DNA from: Opitutaceae bacterium
GTDB taxonomy: Bacteria > Verrucomicrobiota > Verrucomicrobiia > Opitutales > Coraliomargaritaceae
DNA: 64,000 nt
Reading direction: 5' to 3'
NCBI GenBank assembly: GCA_051252375.1
Contig: JBPOFY010000002.1
Location: 192,001 to 256,000, forward strand
The position numbers and the translations under genes were made by a program. The notes beneath the pieces are model-generated. The model made no database searches and was not told where the DNA came from. It saw only the letters and a list, made by a program, of their open reading frames with translations. Position 1 is the first letter of the stretch; every line of letters starts with the position of its first letter. Below, piece by piece: positions 8,991-18,400 of the stretch.

Positions 8991-9097
8991 GTGGGAAAGT
9001 GTGGGTATTGTTGCGAAAGACACATGGAATCCAATTATTTTCGCCTAAAGTCAACATATAACTTGCTAAAATCCAATAAAAACCAAATAAATCCAAC
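8990..9097. promoter_or_regulatory. Divergent pduL/DeoR control region with 10-bp-phased repeats
   Basis: CCAA at 9073, 9083, 9093 (plus) and CCACA/CAACA at about 8990, 9000, 9009 (minus). Confidence 0.5.
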
Positions 9098-9105
9098 TTT
9101 ACCTC

Positions 9106-9885
9106 ATGCTCGCACAAGAACGACATCAACAGATCCTCAACCTCCTCGCCGAGAGTGGAACTATCCGCACAGTCGACCTCGCGGAAGAACTTCAAGTCAC
9201 CGACGAGACCATACGTCGCGACTTACAGATATTATCGGATAATAATCAATTAACGCGGGTTCACGGTGGAGCCTGCAGTTTGACGGGGCGCCCTACTCTA
9301 CGCTCTTTCTCAGAGCGCCGTGGTATAGGTATTGAACTGAAGCATGCCATCGCGATGGCGGCCCTGGATCAAGTCACGCCAGGTCAAACTTATGCCTTTG
9401 ATAGTAGCACGACGGTCTTTGAGCTCGTTTCTGCCATGCCGGATCTGCCCTATCGTGTTGTCACCAATGCATTTGAAGTGCTGGCTCACGTCACACGAAT
9501 GCAGAATGTGGAGCTCATTTCCACTGGTGGTCGCTACCACCATAAGACGGAAACCTTTACTCGTAGTGACAGCTACACCGCGCTGCGCCGTCACAACATC
9601 AACATCGCGTTCATCTCTTCTATAGGGCTGGACGTGAACCGAGGTGTGAGCGAAGGTTTCGAAGAGCAAGCCGGTTTTAAAGAGTATTTGGTCAAAGTAG
9701 CGGAAAAAGTCGTGCTACTGATCGACTCCAGTAAATTGAACAAATGCTCTGAATATTTTTTTGCAGAACTGAAAGACATCTCCCAGATTATTACTGATGA
9801 ACACGCAGACCCCGCATACGTTGATGAACTACGTAAGCGTGGCTGCCATGTGACAATCGCTAGCCAAGAAAACCTACCCACTTAG
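9106..9885 (+). CDS. DeoR/GlpR family transcriptional regulator
   Basis: ERHQQIL...VTDETIRRDL HTH, RVHGGA, DSSTT, DSSK. Confidence 0.93.
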   Translation: MLAQERHQQILNLLAESGTIRTVDLAEELQVTDETIRRDLQILSDNNQLTRVHGGACSLTGRPTLRSFSERRGIGIELKHAIAMAALDQVTPGQTYAFDSSTTVFELVSAMPDLPYRVVTNAFEVLAHVTRMQNVELISTGGRYHHKTETFTRSDSYTALRRHNINIAFISSIGLDVNRGVSEGFEEQAGFKEYLVKVAEKVVLLIDSSKLNKCSEYFFAELKDISQIITDEHADPAYVDELRKRGCHVTIASQENLPT

Positions 9886-9897
9886 AACTACCCATCC

Positions 9898-11376
9898 ATG
9901 AATCAGAAGAAAGTATATCTCGCAGTCGACCTCGGCGCTGGCAGTGGCCGCGTTCTAGCCGGTGAATTTGATGGCAAACGCATTGAACTTCACGAACTAA
10001 ACCGCTTCGACAATCTCGCACTCGAATTACCAAGTGGCGTGCATTGTAATATCCCTTCCCTCTATCATAACATCCTCGATGGTTTAAGGACTGCTGCCGA
10101 CGCTTATGGAGACGCGGTAGTCAGTATCGGCATTGATACTTGGGGCGTTGATTATGGGCTCTTCGATAAAAACGGCCGCCTACTCGGTCTGCCATACAAT
10201 TACCGTGACAGCCGGACTGATGGTATGATGGAAAAGGCATTTGAGAAGGCCTCCAAGGAAGAGATCTATGAGAAGACTGGCATTGAATGCCTCTTTTTTA
10301 ACACACTTTATCAACTCATCTCCGAAGTCGAGGGACGTAGCGCGGCTCTCGATGTCGCCGAAGACCTGCTCTTCACTCCGGACCTTTTGGGCTACTGGTT
10401 AACAGGTAATAAAACACAGGAGCGAAGCATCGCCAGCACCTCACAGCTGTATAATCCTAAGATTAAGGACTGGGACTTCGAACTTATTGAAAAACTCGGC
10501 CTGCCGACTCGCCTCTTTAAGAAGATTAGTGACCCAGGCAGTGTGCTCGGCGAACTAACAGAAAAAGTCGCGCGCAGAACTGGCTTAAACGATGTCAAAG
10601 TGATCACCGTAGGAGGGCACGACACCGCAAGTGCAGTGGCTGCAGTCCCAAGCCAATCAAAAACACCTGCTTACTTAAGCAGCGGAACATGGTCTCTCTT
10701 AGGTCTAGAGTTACCAGAGCCCATCATCACAGAGCAATCGCTAGCAGACGGCTTTACCAACGAGATCGGAGTCAACAATACGGTCCGCTTTTTGAAAAAT
10801 ATTTGCGGCTTATGGCTGATCCAGCAAAGCAAACGCTACTGGCGCGCGGCTGGAGAGGATATCGCCTACAGTAAAATGGCCAGCTTCGCCGCTAAAGCCA
10901 CCCCCTTCCGCAGCTTGATCAATCCAGACGATAAGCGCTTTATTGAAGAGGGTCGTATGCCGGAGAAGATTCAAGAGTTCTGTCACGAAACAGGACAGCC
11001 AGTGCCTGAGAGCAAGGGTGAGATCATCCGCTGCATTTACGAAAGCCTCGCCCTTCGCTATTCAGAAGTTTGGGAAAAACTAGTGCAATATACCGAACAC
11101 AAACCCGAGACCCTCCACATTGTCGGCGGAGGTTGCCAAGACAGACTACTCAACCAATTTGCAGCGAATGCGATTGGAGTTAAAGTCGCCGCATGTCCGG
11201 TCGAAGCCACTGGACTCGGCAATATCCTCGCGCAGATGCTTGCAGACAAAGCCATCACAGACCTTTCTGAAGGACGTAAAATTGTCCTCAATTCTTCACT
11301 CGTCGAAATCTTTGAGCCAGCCGATCAAGTTCCATGGGCCGAGGCAAAAATTAAATTCCAAGCCATCTGCAAATAG
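9898..11376 (+). CDS. rhaB: Rhamnulokinase/fuculokinase (FGGY family)
   Basis: AVDLGAGSGR, IDTWGVDY, GHDTASA, SSGTWSLLG, LKNICGLW, VGGG. Confidence 0.88.
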   Translation: MNQKKVYLAVDLGAGSGRVLAGEFDGKRIELHELNRFDNLALELPSGVHCNIPSLYHNILDGLRTAADAYGDAVVSIGIDTWGVDYGLFDKNGRLLGLPYNYRDSRTDGMMEKAFEKASKEEIYEKTGIECLFFNTLYQLISEVEGRSAALDVAEDLLFTPDLLGYWLTGNKTQERSIASTSQLYNPKIKDWDFELIEKLGLPTRLFKKISDPGSVLGELTEKVARRTGLNDVKVITVGGHDTASAVAAVPSQSKTPAYLSSGTWSLLGLELPEPIITEQSLADGFTNEIGVNNTVRFLKNICGLWLIQQSKRYWRAAGEDIAYSKMASFAAKATPFRSLINPDDKRFIEEGRMPEKIQEFCHETGQPVPESKGEIIRCIYESLALRYSEVWEKLVQYTEHKPETLHIVGGGCQDRLLNQFAANAIGVKVAACPVEATGLGNILAQMLADKAITDLSEGRKIVLNSSLVEIFEPADQVPWAEAKIKFQAICK

Positions 11377-11385
11377 TATTTTTTT

Positions 11386-12159
11386 ATGAGTCTATTACAC
11401 ACACCACCGAACCGCCCAGCAGGGAAGTCCATCCAGTTGATGTCGACATGCCTCTGCGACGCTTTTTATGCAGACGTTGCGCAGGCGACAGTCGAAGTCT
11501 TGGAATTCCTCGGCTGCGACATCGAACTGCCCGACGGCCAAACATGCTGCGGTCAGCCTGCATTTAATTCCGGCGACTGGGCGAACTCTCGCAAGGTTGT
11601 GCGTCACACCGCGAAAGTATTCGCCGGCGACAAACCGATCGTGGTGCCATCAGGCTCATGCGCGGCGATGATCTTTCACGGCGCTCCACTCGAGTTCGAA
11701 AAAGAAGCCGATTTGCCCGTAATACGTGCACTCGCTGATCGCACTTGGGAATTACTCGACTTTATCGTCCATGGTCTCGGTGTCACCGAATGGCCCGGCA
11801 AGTTCGACGCCAAGATCACCGTGCACCGCAGCTGCCACTTACGCGGCACAAAAAGCCCGGAAGCGATGGCCACCCTACTCGACTCCATTGAAGGCCTTCA
11901 AGTGGAGCCAATCGACGAAACCGAGCAATGTTGCGGTTTCGGCGGGACATTTGCTGTCACCTTCCCCAATATCTCGAACAGCATGGGCACTCTAAAGATT
12001 GAAAAACTCATCGCCTGCAAACCAGACATCGTCGCCGCAGCCGACATGGGTTGCATGATGCACTTTGGCGGCATGATGGAAAAACAAGGCCTACCGCAAA
12101 AGCGGATGCACGTCGCACAGATCCTTCGCGACTCACTTAAAAACGCTGGTAAGATCTAA
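11386..12159 (+). CDS. lutA: L-lactate utilization Fe-S protein (LutA/YkgE, two CCG domains)
   Basis: QTCCGQPAFNSG, SGSC, HRSCH, CCGFGGTF. Confidence 0.88.
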   Translation: MSLLHTPPNRPAGKSIQLMSTCLCDAFYADVAQATVEVLEFLGCDIELPDGQTCCGQPAFNSGDWANSRKVVRHTAKVFAGDKPIVVPSGSCAAMIFHGAPLEFEKEADLPVIRALADRTWELLDFIVHGLGVTEWPGKFDAKITVHRSCHLRGTKSPEAMATLLDSIEGLQVEPIDETEQCCGFGGTFAVTFPNISNSMGTLKIEKLIACKPDIVAAADMGCMMHFGGMMEKQGLPQKRMHVAQILRDSLKNAGKI

Positions 12160-12162
12160 TAG

Positions 12163-13557
12163 ATGAAAACAAAGCAACAAATCGACCGCACCGCACGCGA
12201 CCTCGACCCCGAAGTTCACGATTCGAACTTCATGGGCGCTAAGCTCAAATCCGAGCGACGCTACAACACGCTCTTTCGCGACTACGACGACCCAAACAAG
12301 CTCCGCGAAGTCGCCGGCAACATCAAACAGCACACACTCGAGCACCTCGACACTTACCTTGAGCAAGCCGAGGAATCTTTTAAGCGAAACGGTGCACAAG
12401 TTCACTACGCCATCGATGATGCAGCCGTGAATGCACAAGTCCTTCGCATCATGAACGAGACCGGCTCTCAGACCATGGTAAAGTCGAAGAGTATGTTGAC
12501 CGAAGAAGTCCACATGCTCGACTACTTGGAGAAGAACGGCAAAACCGTAGTCGAAACCGACCTTGGTGAATTCATTCTTCAAATCGACGGCGACCACCCT
12601 TCTCACATCGTCACACCAATCGTGCACAAAAACCGCCGCGGCATCGCCAAGAGTTTTGAACGCGAAGGTCTCGGTGATTATAACGACGATCCGGAAACTA
12701 TCACACGCCGCGCCCGCAAACACCTGCGTCAAAAATACATCGACGCCGAAGTCGGTCTCACTGGCGGTAACTTCGTATCCGCGGAATCAGGACGTATCGT
12801 GCTCGTCACTAATGAGGGCAACGCTCGCTTCTGTATGGCCGCGAATAAAATTCACATCGCGGTGATCGGGATCGAAAAACTCGTGCCAACTGACCGTGAC
12901 CTCGGCTTGTTTATCAATTTGATCGGTCGCTCCGGCACAGGCCAACAAGTCACCGTTTACAACCAGTTTATCAGCGGCCCGAAAAAAGATAGCCAACCAC
13001 ACGGTCCAGAGCAAATGCACGTCATCTTCGTCGACAACCGTCGCACCGAAGTGCTCGCCAGTGATTGCCGCGAAATTCTTCGCTGTATCCGTTGCGGTGC
13101 TTGCTTGAATGTTTGCCCGATCTATCGCCAGTCCGGCGGTCATGCATACCGCAGTGTCTATCCTGGTCCCGTGGGTGCCGTGCTCAGTCCACTGCTTGCG
13201 GGTAACCGCTTCCCTGAGCTAGCCGACTTACCCAAAGCATCCAGCCTCTGTGGTGCTTGTAACGAAGTCTGCCCAGTGAACATTCCAATTCCCGACCTGC
13301 TGCTACGATTACGCGACAAAGCTAAACGTGAAGGCGCCAAAGAAGCAATGAAGGGCACACCAAACCTCGGCATGTGGGCGACACTTTGTTCACAGCCAAC
13401 GATGTGGAAAACGGCTCTCTCCATGGGACACACCATGAATTACATCCCAACCGAGATGATCCCGCACCCTTCTGCTAAATCATGGCAAGGTGCGCGCAAA
13501 CTGCCTAAGTTTGAAGGTGGCGATTTCCGCAAGTGGTTTAAGAAAAGAGCTAAATAG
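12163..13557 (+). CDS. lutB: L-lactate utilization Fe-S protein (LutB/YkgF)
   Basis: KSKSM, ETDLGE, PSHIV, CIRCGACLNVCP, SLCGACNEVCP. Confidence 0.9.
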   Translation: MKTKQQIDRTARDLDPEVHDSNFMGAKLKSERRYNTLFRDYDDPNKLREVAGNIKQHTLEHLDTYLEQAEESFKRNGAQVHYAIDDAAVNAQVLRIMNETGSQTMVKSKSMLTEEVHMLDYLEKNGKTVVETDLGEFILQIDGDHPSHIVTPIVHKNRRGIAKSFEREGLGDYNDDPETITRRARKHLRQKYIDAEVGLTGGNFVSAESGRIVLVTNEGNARFCMAANKIHIAVIGIEKLVPTDRDLGLFINLIGRSGTGQQVTVYNQFISGPKKDSQPHGPEQMHVIFVDNRRTEVLASDCREILRCIRCGACLNVCPIYRQSGGHAYRSVYPGPVGAVLSPLLAGNRFPELADLPKASSLCGACNEVCPVNIPIPDLLLRLRDKAKREGAKEAMKGTPNLGMWATLCSQPTMWKTALSMGHTMNYIPTEMIPHPSAKSWQGARKLPKFEGGDFRKWFKKRAK

Positions 13558-13613
13558 TTAATGAGCACATCGCATCATTCAGCACAAGTCATCACACTTT
13601 AATTATTCATACA

Positions 13614-14225
13614 ATGAGTTCAGATAGAGAAACAATCTTCTCCGCCATCCGCGCAGCACTCGCCCCCTTGCCCAAACGCGCCGCGAAACCGGACTGGCCG
13701 ACAGAGTTGGTCATCTCCAACCCTTCCGGCACCTTCAACAGCTTGAAGGCGCAGTTTGCTGACCGCTTAGCATTTGCCAGTGGCCGCTACTACGACTCCG
13801 TCCCTGTCCTTGCCGACTTCCTTAAGGCAGAAGGTAGCACACTGGGTTATTGCGACCCCACGCTGGTCTCGCTCTTTGAAGGCATCGAAGGTCTGGAAAT
13901 CGACACTGAGTTCGACGACAGCAAGATCAACGATTACACATTCGGCATCACTCGCGCCACAGCAGGTGTCGCCGAAAGTGGCACCATCATGTTGACCGAC
14001 ACGGACACTTCTTGCCGACTCGGCGCACTCGCGCCTTGGATCCATATCGCCGTGCTGGATGAGGCCGACATCGTGCCACACTTCCCTGCCGCGATTGAGC
14101 GCTTCGGCGACGACCGTTCCATTATTTTTGCGACCGGCCCTTCCAAAACGGCCGACGTTGAAGGCATTCTGATTGAAGGCGTCCATGGACCAGGCATTCA
14201 GATCGCCCTAGTTATTTCAAAGTAA
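13614..14225 (+). CDS. lutC: L-lactate utilization protein (LutC/YkgG, LUD domain)
   Basis: VAESGT, TGPSKTADVE, GVHGP. Confidence 0.88.
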   Translation: MSSDRETIFSAIRAALAPLPKRAAKPDWPTELVISNPSGTFNSLKAQFADRLAFASGRYYDSVPVLADFLKAEGSTLGYCDPTLVSLFEGIEGLEIDTEFDDSKINDYTFGITRATAGVAESGTIMLTDTDTSCRLGALAPWIHIAVLDEADIVPHFPAAIERFGDDRSIIFATGPSKTADVEGILIEGVHGPGIQIALVISK

Positions 14226-14318
14226 GCTACCAACTTTCTATACCGACCAATTCCATTAAACGTTCCTCATACCGAAGAACGATTAATTACATATTAAACA
14301 TCACACATAAGAAACATT

Positions 14319-15416
14319 ATGAGCACTGATATGAAAGAATACGTCGAATATATTAATAACCTCAGCGGGAAGATCCTCCTCGGATGTGACGGCTTTGTTG
14401 ACGAAACTTACGAGATCGTCGAAGAGCGGAAAAGTCAGACCGACTTTTCCACCATGGAAAACCTCAAGGACTTCGGCGAGCTGATCGTCAAACGGTCCGG
14501 TGGCGGAGTTGGCGTTGAAATCGTTCCAAAACGTCGCTGCGAAGGTGGCTTCGGTATCAACACCGGTCGCATGGCTGCCTGCTTAGGTCTCAAGCCTGTG
14601 CTGCCCGGCTTATATGGCGCGAAAGAAATCGACCCAGCCTACGAGCAATTCGTAGACACCTGCGAACTGACTTCACTCGGCGATCCAGCGCTGACACTCG
14701 CTTTCGAGTTTCAAAACGGGAAGCTCTTGATGAGCGATCTAGGTGCAGTCTCCAATCTGAAGTGGGACGACTTTGAAAAGCACTTCACGGCAGAACAGAT
14801 CAAAGAGATCTTCTCGAACGTCGATATTCTTGGTTTGGGCTATTGGTCACTCACAGCTAACTTTGACGACCTCTTCAAGGGCTTCATGAAGCAGTATGAA
14901 ACACTCGATGCACCACGTCGTATGTTCTTCGACTTCGCCGACATCAAAAAGAAATCCAGCGAGTCATTCGTGAAGTCACTCGACATGATCAAGCAGTATA
15001 ACAGCAAGATCCCGATGTCATTCAGCTTGAATCACCACGAGGTCATGGAGCTATGCTCGCGTGTCGGCGTTGAGTGCGCGGAAGCGACACCTGAAGCGAT
15101 CGTCGCCGCATTGCCGATCGCACGCGATAAGATCGGTTTCGACGAACTGGTCGTGCACACTCCAGACTTTGCCGTGGCTTCCAGCACTACAGAAGGCGAA
15201 GCCGTGGCCATGCAGGAGCGTCAAGCAAAGGTCATCCGTCTCGCGGGTGCCGGCGATAGTTTCAATGGTGGCTACATTTGCGCATCGCTCGGCAACTTGC
15301 CGATCAAACAACGCCTCGCTATGGCGAATGCAACAACCGCGTTCTTCGTCACAAAAGGCACCGGTCCAACTAAGGAGCAACTGATCGCCCAGATCGAAAA
15401 AGCTTCTGACAAATAA
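14319..15416 (+). CDS. PfkB/ribokinase-family carbohydrate kinase-like protein
   Basis: C-terminal GAGDSFNGG signature; DGFVD N-terminal motif. Confidence 0.7.
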   Translation: MSTDMKEYVEYINNLSGKILLGCDGFVDETYEIVEERKSQTDFSTMENLKDFGELIVKRSGGGVGVEIVPKRRCEGGFGINTGRMAACLGLKPVLPGLYGAKEIDPAYEQFVDTCELTSLGDPALTLAFEFQNGKLLMSDLGAVSNLKWDDFEKHFTAEQIKEIFSNVDILGLGYWSLTANFDDLFKGFMKQYETLDAPRRMFFDFADIKKKSSESFVKSLDMIKQYNSKIPMSFSLNHHEVMELCSRVGVECAEATPEAIVAALPIARDKIGFDELVVHTPDFAVASSTTEGEAVAMQERQAKVIRLAGAGDSFNGGYICASLGNLPIKQRLAMANATTAFFVTKGTGPTKEQLIAQIEKASDK

Positions 15417-15437
15417 CACTCAACTCCTTGGATCGAA

Positions 15438-16619
15438 ATGAAGACATTATACAAACTCCCACTCCTCAGCCCTGAATCGACTGAAGGATTTCAATCAGTA
15501 AATATCTCCGCCGAAGCAGGCTCGAAGACAAACTGGTCCGTCAAATCATACACCCTACGCGGTGGACTCCAAGAAGGTGTTCAAGTTGTTGAAATCAACA
15601 ACGGCAAACTCACCTTCGCCGTGCTCCCCACACGTGGTATGGGCATCTGGAAAGGCCAGTGCGGTGACATTTCAATTGGTTGGGACTCCCCAGTCAAAGA
15701 TCCGGTCAACCCCGCGTTCATCAATCTAGAAGAACGTGGCGGCCTCGGCTGGCTGAAGGGCTTCAACGAATGGTTCGTGCGCTGCGGTGTTAACAGCATG
15801 GGTGCTCCTGGCATCGATACAGTTCTCGACTACAGCGGCAACGAATTTGAAGTGCCACTCACCCTGCACGGTAAAATCGCAAACATTCCCGCACGTGCGG
15901 TGTGTTTGGAAATCACCGAAGACGCCATCATTCTGAAAGGCGAAGTCGATGAAACCATGATGTTCGGTCCAGCCCTGCGCCTCAACACTGAGCTCCGCAC
16001 AGAGTTCGGCACAGGCACGATGACGATTACCGACACAGTGACCAACCTCGGTAACAATCCGCAAGAGCACGAGATGCTTTACCATATCAACTATGGTGAA
16101 CCACTTCTTGAAAAAGGTTCCAGTCTCGTCGCGCCCTTCAAACAAGTCGCGCCCCGCGATCCGCGCTCAGTCGAAGGCATCGACACATTCGATCAATACG
16201 GCGCGCCCGAGATCGGATTCGTGGAGCAAGCTTACAAGTATGAATTAGTGGGCCAACGCGGCAGCCGCCAAACGATGGTCATGCTGCGTAATGCTGAAGG
16301 CGATAAGGCTTCCCTGCTGCGCTACTCACTCAATGACTTCCCTTGTTTCACACAATGGAAGAATACCGCAGGCAAAGCCGACGGCTATGTCACTGGCCTA
16401 GAGCCAGCAACGAACTATCCCAACTCTCGTCGCTATGAAAGATCGAAAGGTCGCGTCATAACCCTAGCTGGAGGTGAGTCGCGCACAACAAGGCTCACGA
16501 TCGATACATTAGACACTAAAAAAGCAATCAAAGCTGCTGAAGTAGAAATCAAAAAACTACAAAAAACAGTCAAAGCTAAGGTGCACCCCCTTCCTGTGCC
16601 TCGCTTATCGGATTGCTAA
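15438..16619 (+). CDS. Aldose 1-epimerase superfamily protein (DUF4432-like)
   Basis: PTRGMGIW, LHGKIAN, LYHINYG, GLEPATNYP. Confidence 0.75.
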   Translation: MKTLYKLPLLSPESTEGFQSVNISAEAGSKTNWSVKSYTLRGGLQEGVQVVEINNGKLTFAVLPTRGMGIWKGQCGDISIGWDSPVKDPVNPAFINLEERGGLGWLKGFNEWFVRCGVNSMGAPGIDTVLDYSGNEFEVPLTLHGKIANIPARAVCLEITEDAIILKGEVDETMMFGPALRLNTELRTEFGTGTMTITDTVTNLGNNPQEHEMLYHINYGEPLLEKGSSLVAPFKQVAPRDPRSVEGIDTFDQYGAPEIGFVEQAYKYELVGQRGSRQTMVMLRNAEGDKASLLRYSLNDFPCFTQWKNTAGKADGYVTGLEPATNYPNSRRYERSKGRVITLAGGESRTTRLTIDTLDTKKAIKAAEVEIKKLQKTVKAKVHPLPVPRLSDC

Positions 16620-16631
16620 TCCAAATATTGG

Positions 16632-16666
16632 GTCACTTCACATCTCGACTTGGGATGTGAAGTGGC
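16632..16666 (+). terminator. Stem-loop after the DeoR-lut-epimerase run (weak U-tract)
   Basis: GTCACTTCACATCTC...GGGATGTGAAGTGGC inverted repeat 13 bp after the stop. Confidence 0.5.
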
Positions 16667-16689
16667 ATTATCCCCACCCCTAAACTCCT

Positions 16690-18252
16690 ATGGCTATTTG
16701 CTACATTGGCTGCGATGCCTCACTGATCGAGCTTATCAAAAGCGTTCCTGAATTCAGTGAGCACGAAATCCTTGAGGTTCAATTTCCCATCTCTGCTTCT
16801 GAGCTTGAGATCGACGTCCTCATCGCCGGACCAAACTCTGCAAATCTACCGCGACTAGCGGCTACGATTTCTGATTGGAATCTCCCGCCCTCGACACTCT
16901 TCATACTACCCGTAGAAGGTTACGATGACGCGGTTGAAGTGCTGCGCCATCACCCCCGTATGGGTCGCTCCATCGATTTCTGTCCGAATGAAAAAGATGC
17001 AGTCTTGGCAGGTATTCACCGCGCTCACACGTTTTTCACAAAGCGTGAATCTCTCAAGATCGACAATTCGCTTTCGGGCAATTTCAACACCAATAACATT
17101 TCCCCACGCTGGCTCTTTCAAACAATGATGGAGCATATGGACGAGTATATCTACTTTAAGGACAGCGAATCAAAGTTCCTCGCAGTCAGTCGATACCTCT
17201 CTGACAGTTGCGGCAAAGATGACCCATCCGATGTTTTGGGCATGCGCGACTTTGACTTCTTCGACCGTCAACACGCCGAGGATGCCTACCATGACGAACG
17301 CAAGATCGCTACAGGCGAACTGAGTGAACTCTACAAAGAAGAGCAAATCCTCAAAGACGGTAAAGTCGCTTGGGTCGCCTCACGAAAGCTCCCCTTACAC
17401 ACTCGCTCTAATTTCCTCGCGGGCTCTTTCGGCCTCTCACGTGATGTCACCGAAGAAAAAGAACTCCACCAAAAACTAGAGCGCAACCACGAGCGCATGC
17501 AGTCCGAACTGCTACTCGCCCGCAACCTACAGAGCACGCTTATGCAACAGAGCGTGCCTACTTTTGATGGTGCCGACGGAGCGGCGGGCCTAGAGCTCGC
17601 CACCAAATACATCCCTTCTTTCCATCTCAGCGGTGACTTCTTTTCAATTATTAAGACCAAAGATGGCGGAGCCGCCATTCTCGTCGCCGATGTAATGGGC
17701 CACGGGGTGCGTGCCGCGATGGTCACCGCGATGATCCAAATCGCTGTGCAACAACTACAGGACTATGCCTGCCAGCCTGCCGAGTTCATGACCCGCCTCA
17801 ATGAGATGATGCGTAGCACCATGCAACCGATCGGCGAGACGATCTTCGCCACTGCAGTTTACAGCTACATCGATTTAGACAACAAGCAACTGACCTATGC
17901 TCAAGCAGGCGCGCGTCACGGCGTGTATGTGCCTAGTGTCAGCAACGAAGCCGTCGTTTTTGAAAGTTCATCCATCAGTCCCGCCCTCGGTCTCATCCCC
18001 AATGTGCAATTTACTGAAAGCAGACAAAGCCTCGAAGCCGGTGACGAAATCATTCTCTACACCGATGGCATCATCGAAGCAGCCATGGGCGACGAAGAAT
18101 ACAGCGAAAAACGGATGATCGACTTCCTTATGGAGCACCGCCGTGACAACCTCCCTGACATGCTGAACGAACTACTCAGCTCAGTCGCGACATTCACCAA
18201 GACTAAAGAGCTAGATGATGACGTCTGCCTCATCGGTCTACGCATCCTCTAA
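16690..18252 (+). CDS. PAS + SpoIIE/PP2C (RsbU-like) phosphatase with degenerate receiver-like N-terminus
   Basis: IYFKD PAS, SGDFF, VADVMGHG, LYTDGIIE, DDDVC motifs. Confidence 0.85.
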   Translation: MAICYIGCDASLIELIKSVPEFSEHEILEVQFPISASELEIDVLIAGPNSANLPRLAATISDWNLPPSTLFILPVEGYDDAVEVLRHHPRMGRSIDFCPNEKDAVLAGIHRAHTFFTKRESLKIDNSLSGNFNTNNISPRWLFQTMMEHMDEYIYFKDSESKFLAVSRYLSDSCGKDDPSDVLGMRDFDFFDRQHAEDAYHDERKIATGELSELYKEEQILKDGKVAWVASRKLPLHTRSNFLAGSFGLSRDVTEEKELHQKLERNHERMQSELLLARNLQSTLMQQSVPTFDGADGAAGLELATKYIPSFHLSGDFFSIIKTKDGGAAILVADVMGHGVRAAMVTAMIQIAVQQLQDYACQPAEFMTRLNEMMRSTMQPIGETIFATAVYSYIDLDNKQLTYAQAGARHGVYVPSVSNEAVVFESSSISPALGLIPNVQFTESRQSLEAGDEIILYTDGIIEAAMGDEEYSEKRMIDFLMEHRRDNLPDMLNELLSSVATFTKTKELDDDVCLIGLRIL

Positions 18253-18296
18253 GCACGCAGCCCATCGATACCTATCGATGACTTCTTCCGGTAAAT

Positions 18297-18372
18297 GGTA
18301 GGGACGACTGCCCCCAGTCGTCCGTCCCTCCCGGCAAGATACTGTGGACGCATGAGGGCATGCGTCCCTACC
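18297..18372. repeat. GTAG-type REP pair (REPIN-like) between convergent genes
   Basis: GGTAGGGACGACTGCCCCCAGTCGTCC ... GGACGCATGAGGGCATGCGTCCCTACC; terminal 10-bp inverted repeat, each half a hairpin. Confidence 0.75.
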
Positions 18373-18400
18373 TATTGAGCCACAGATTGATATTACCCGC

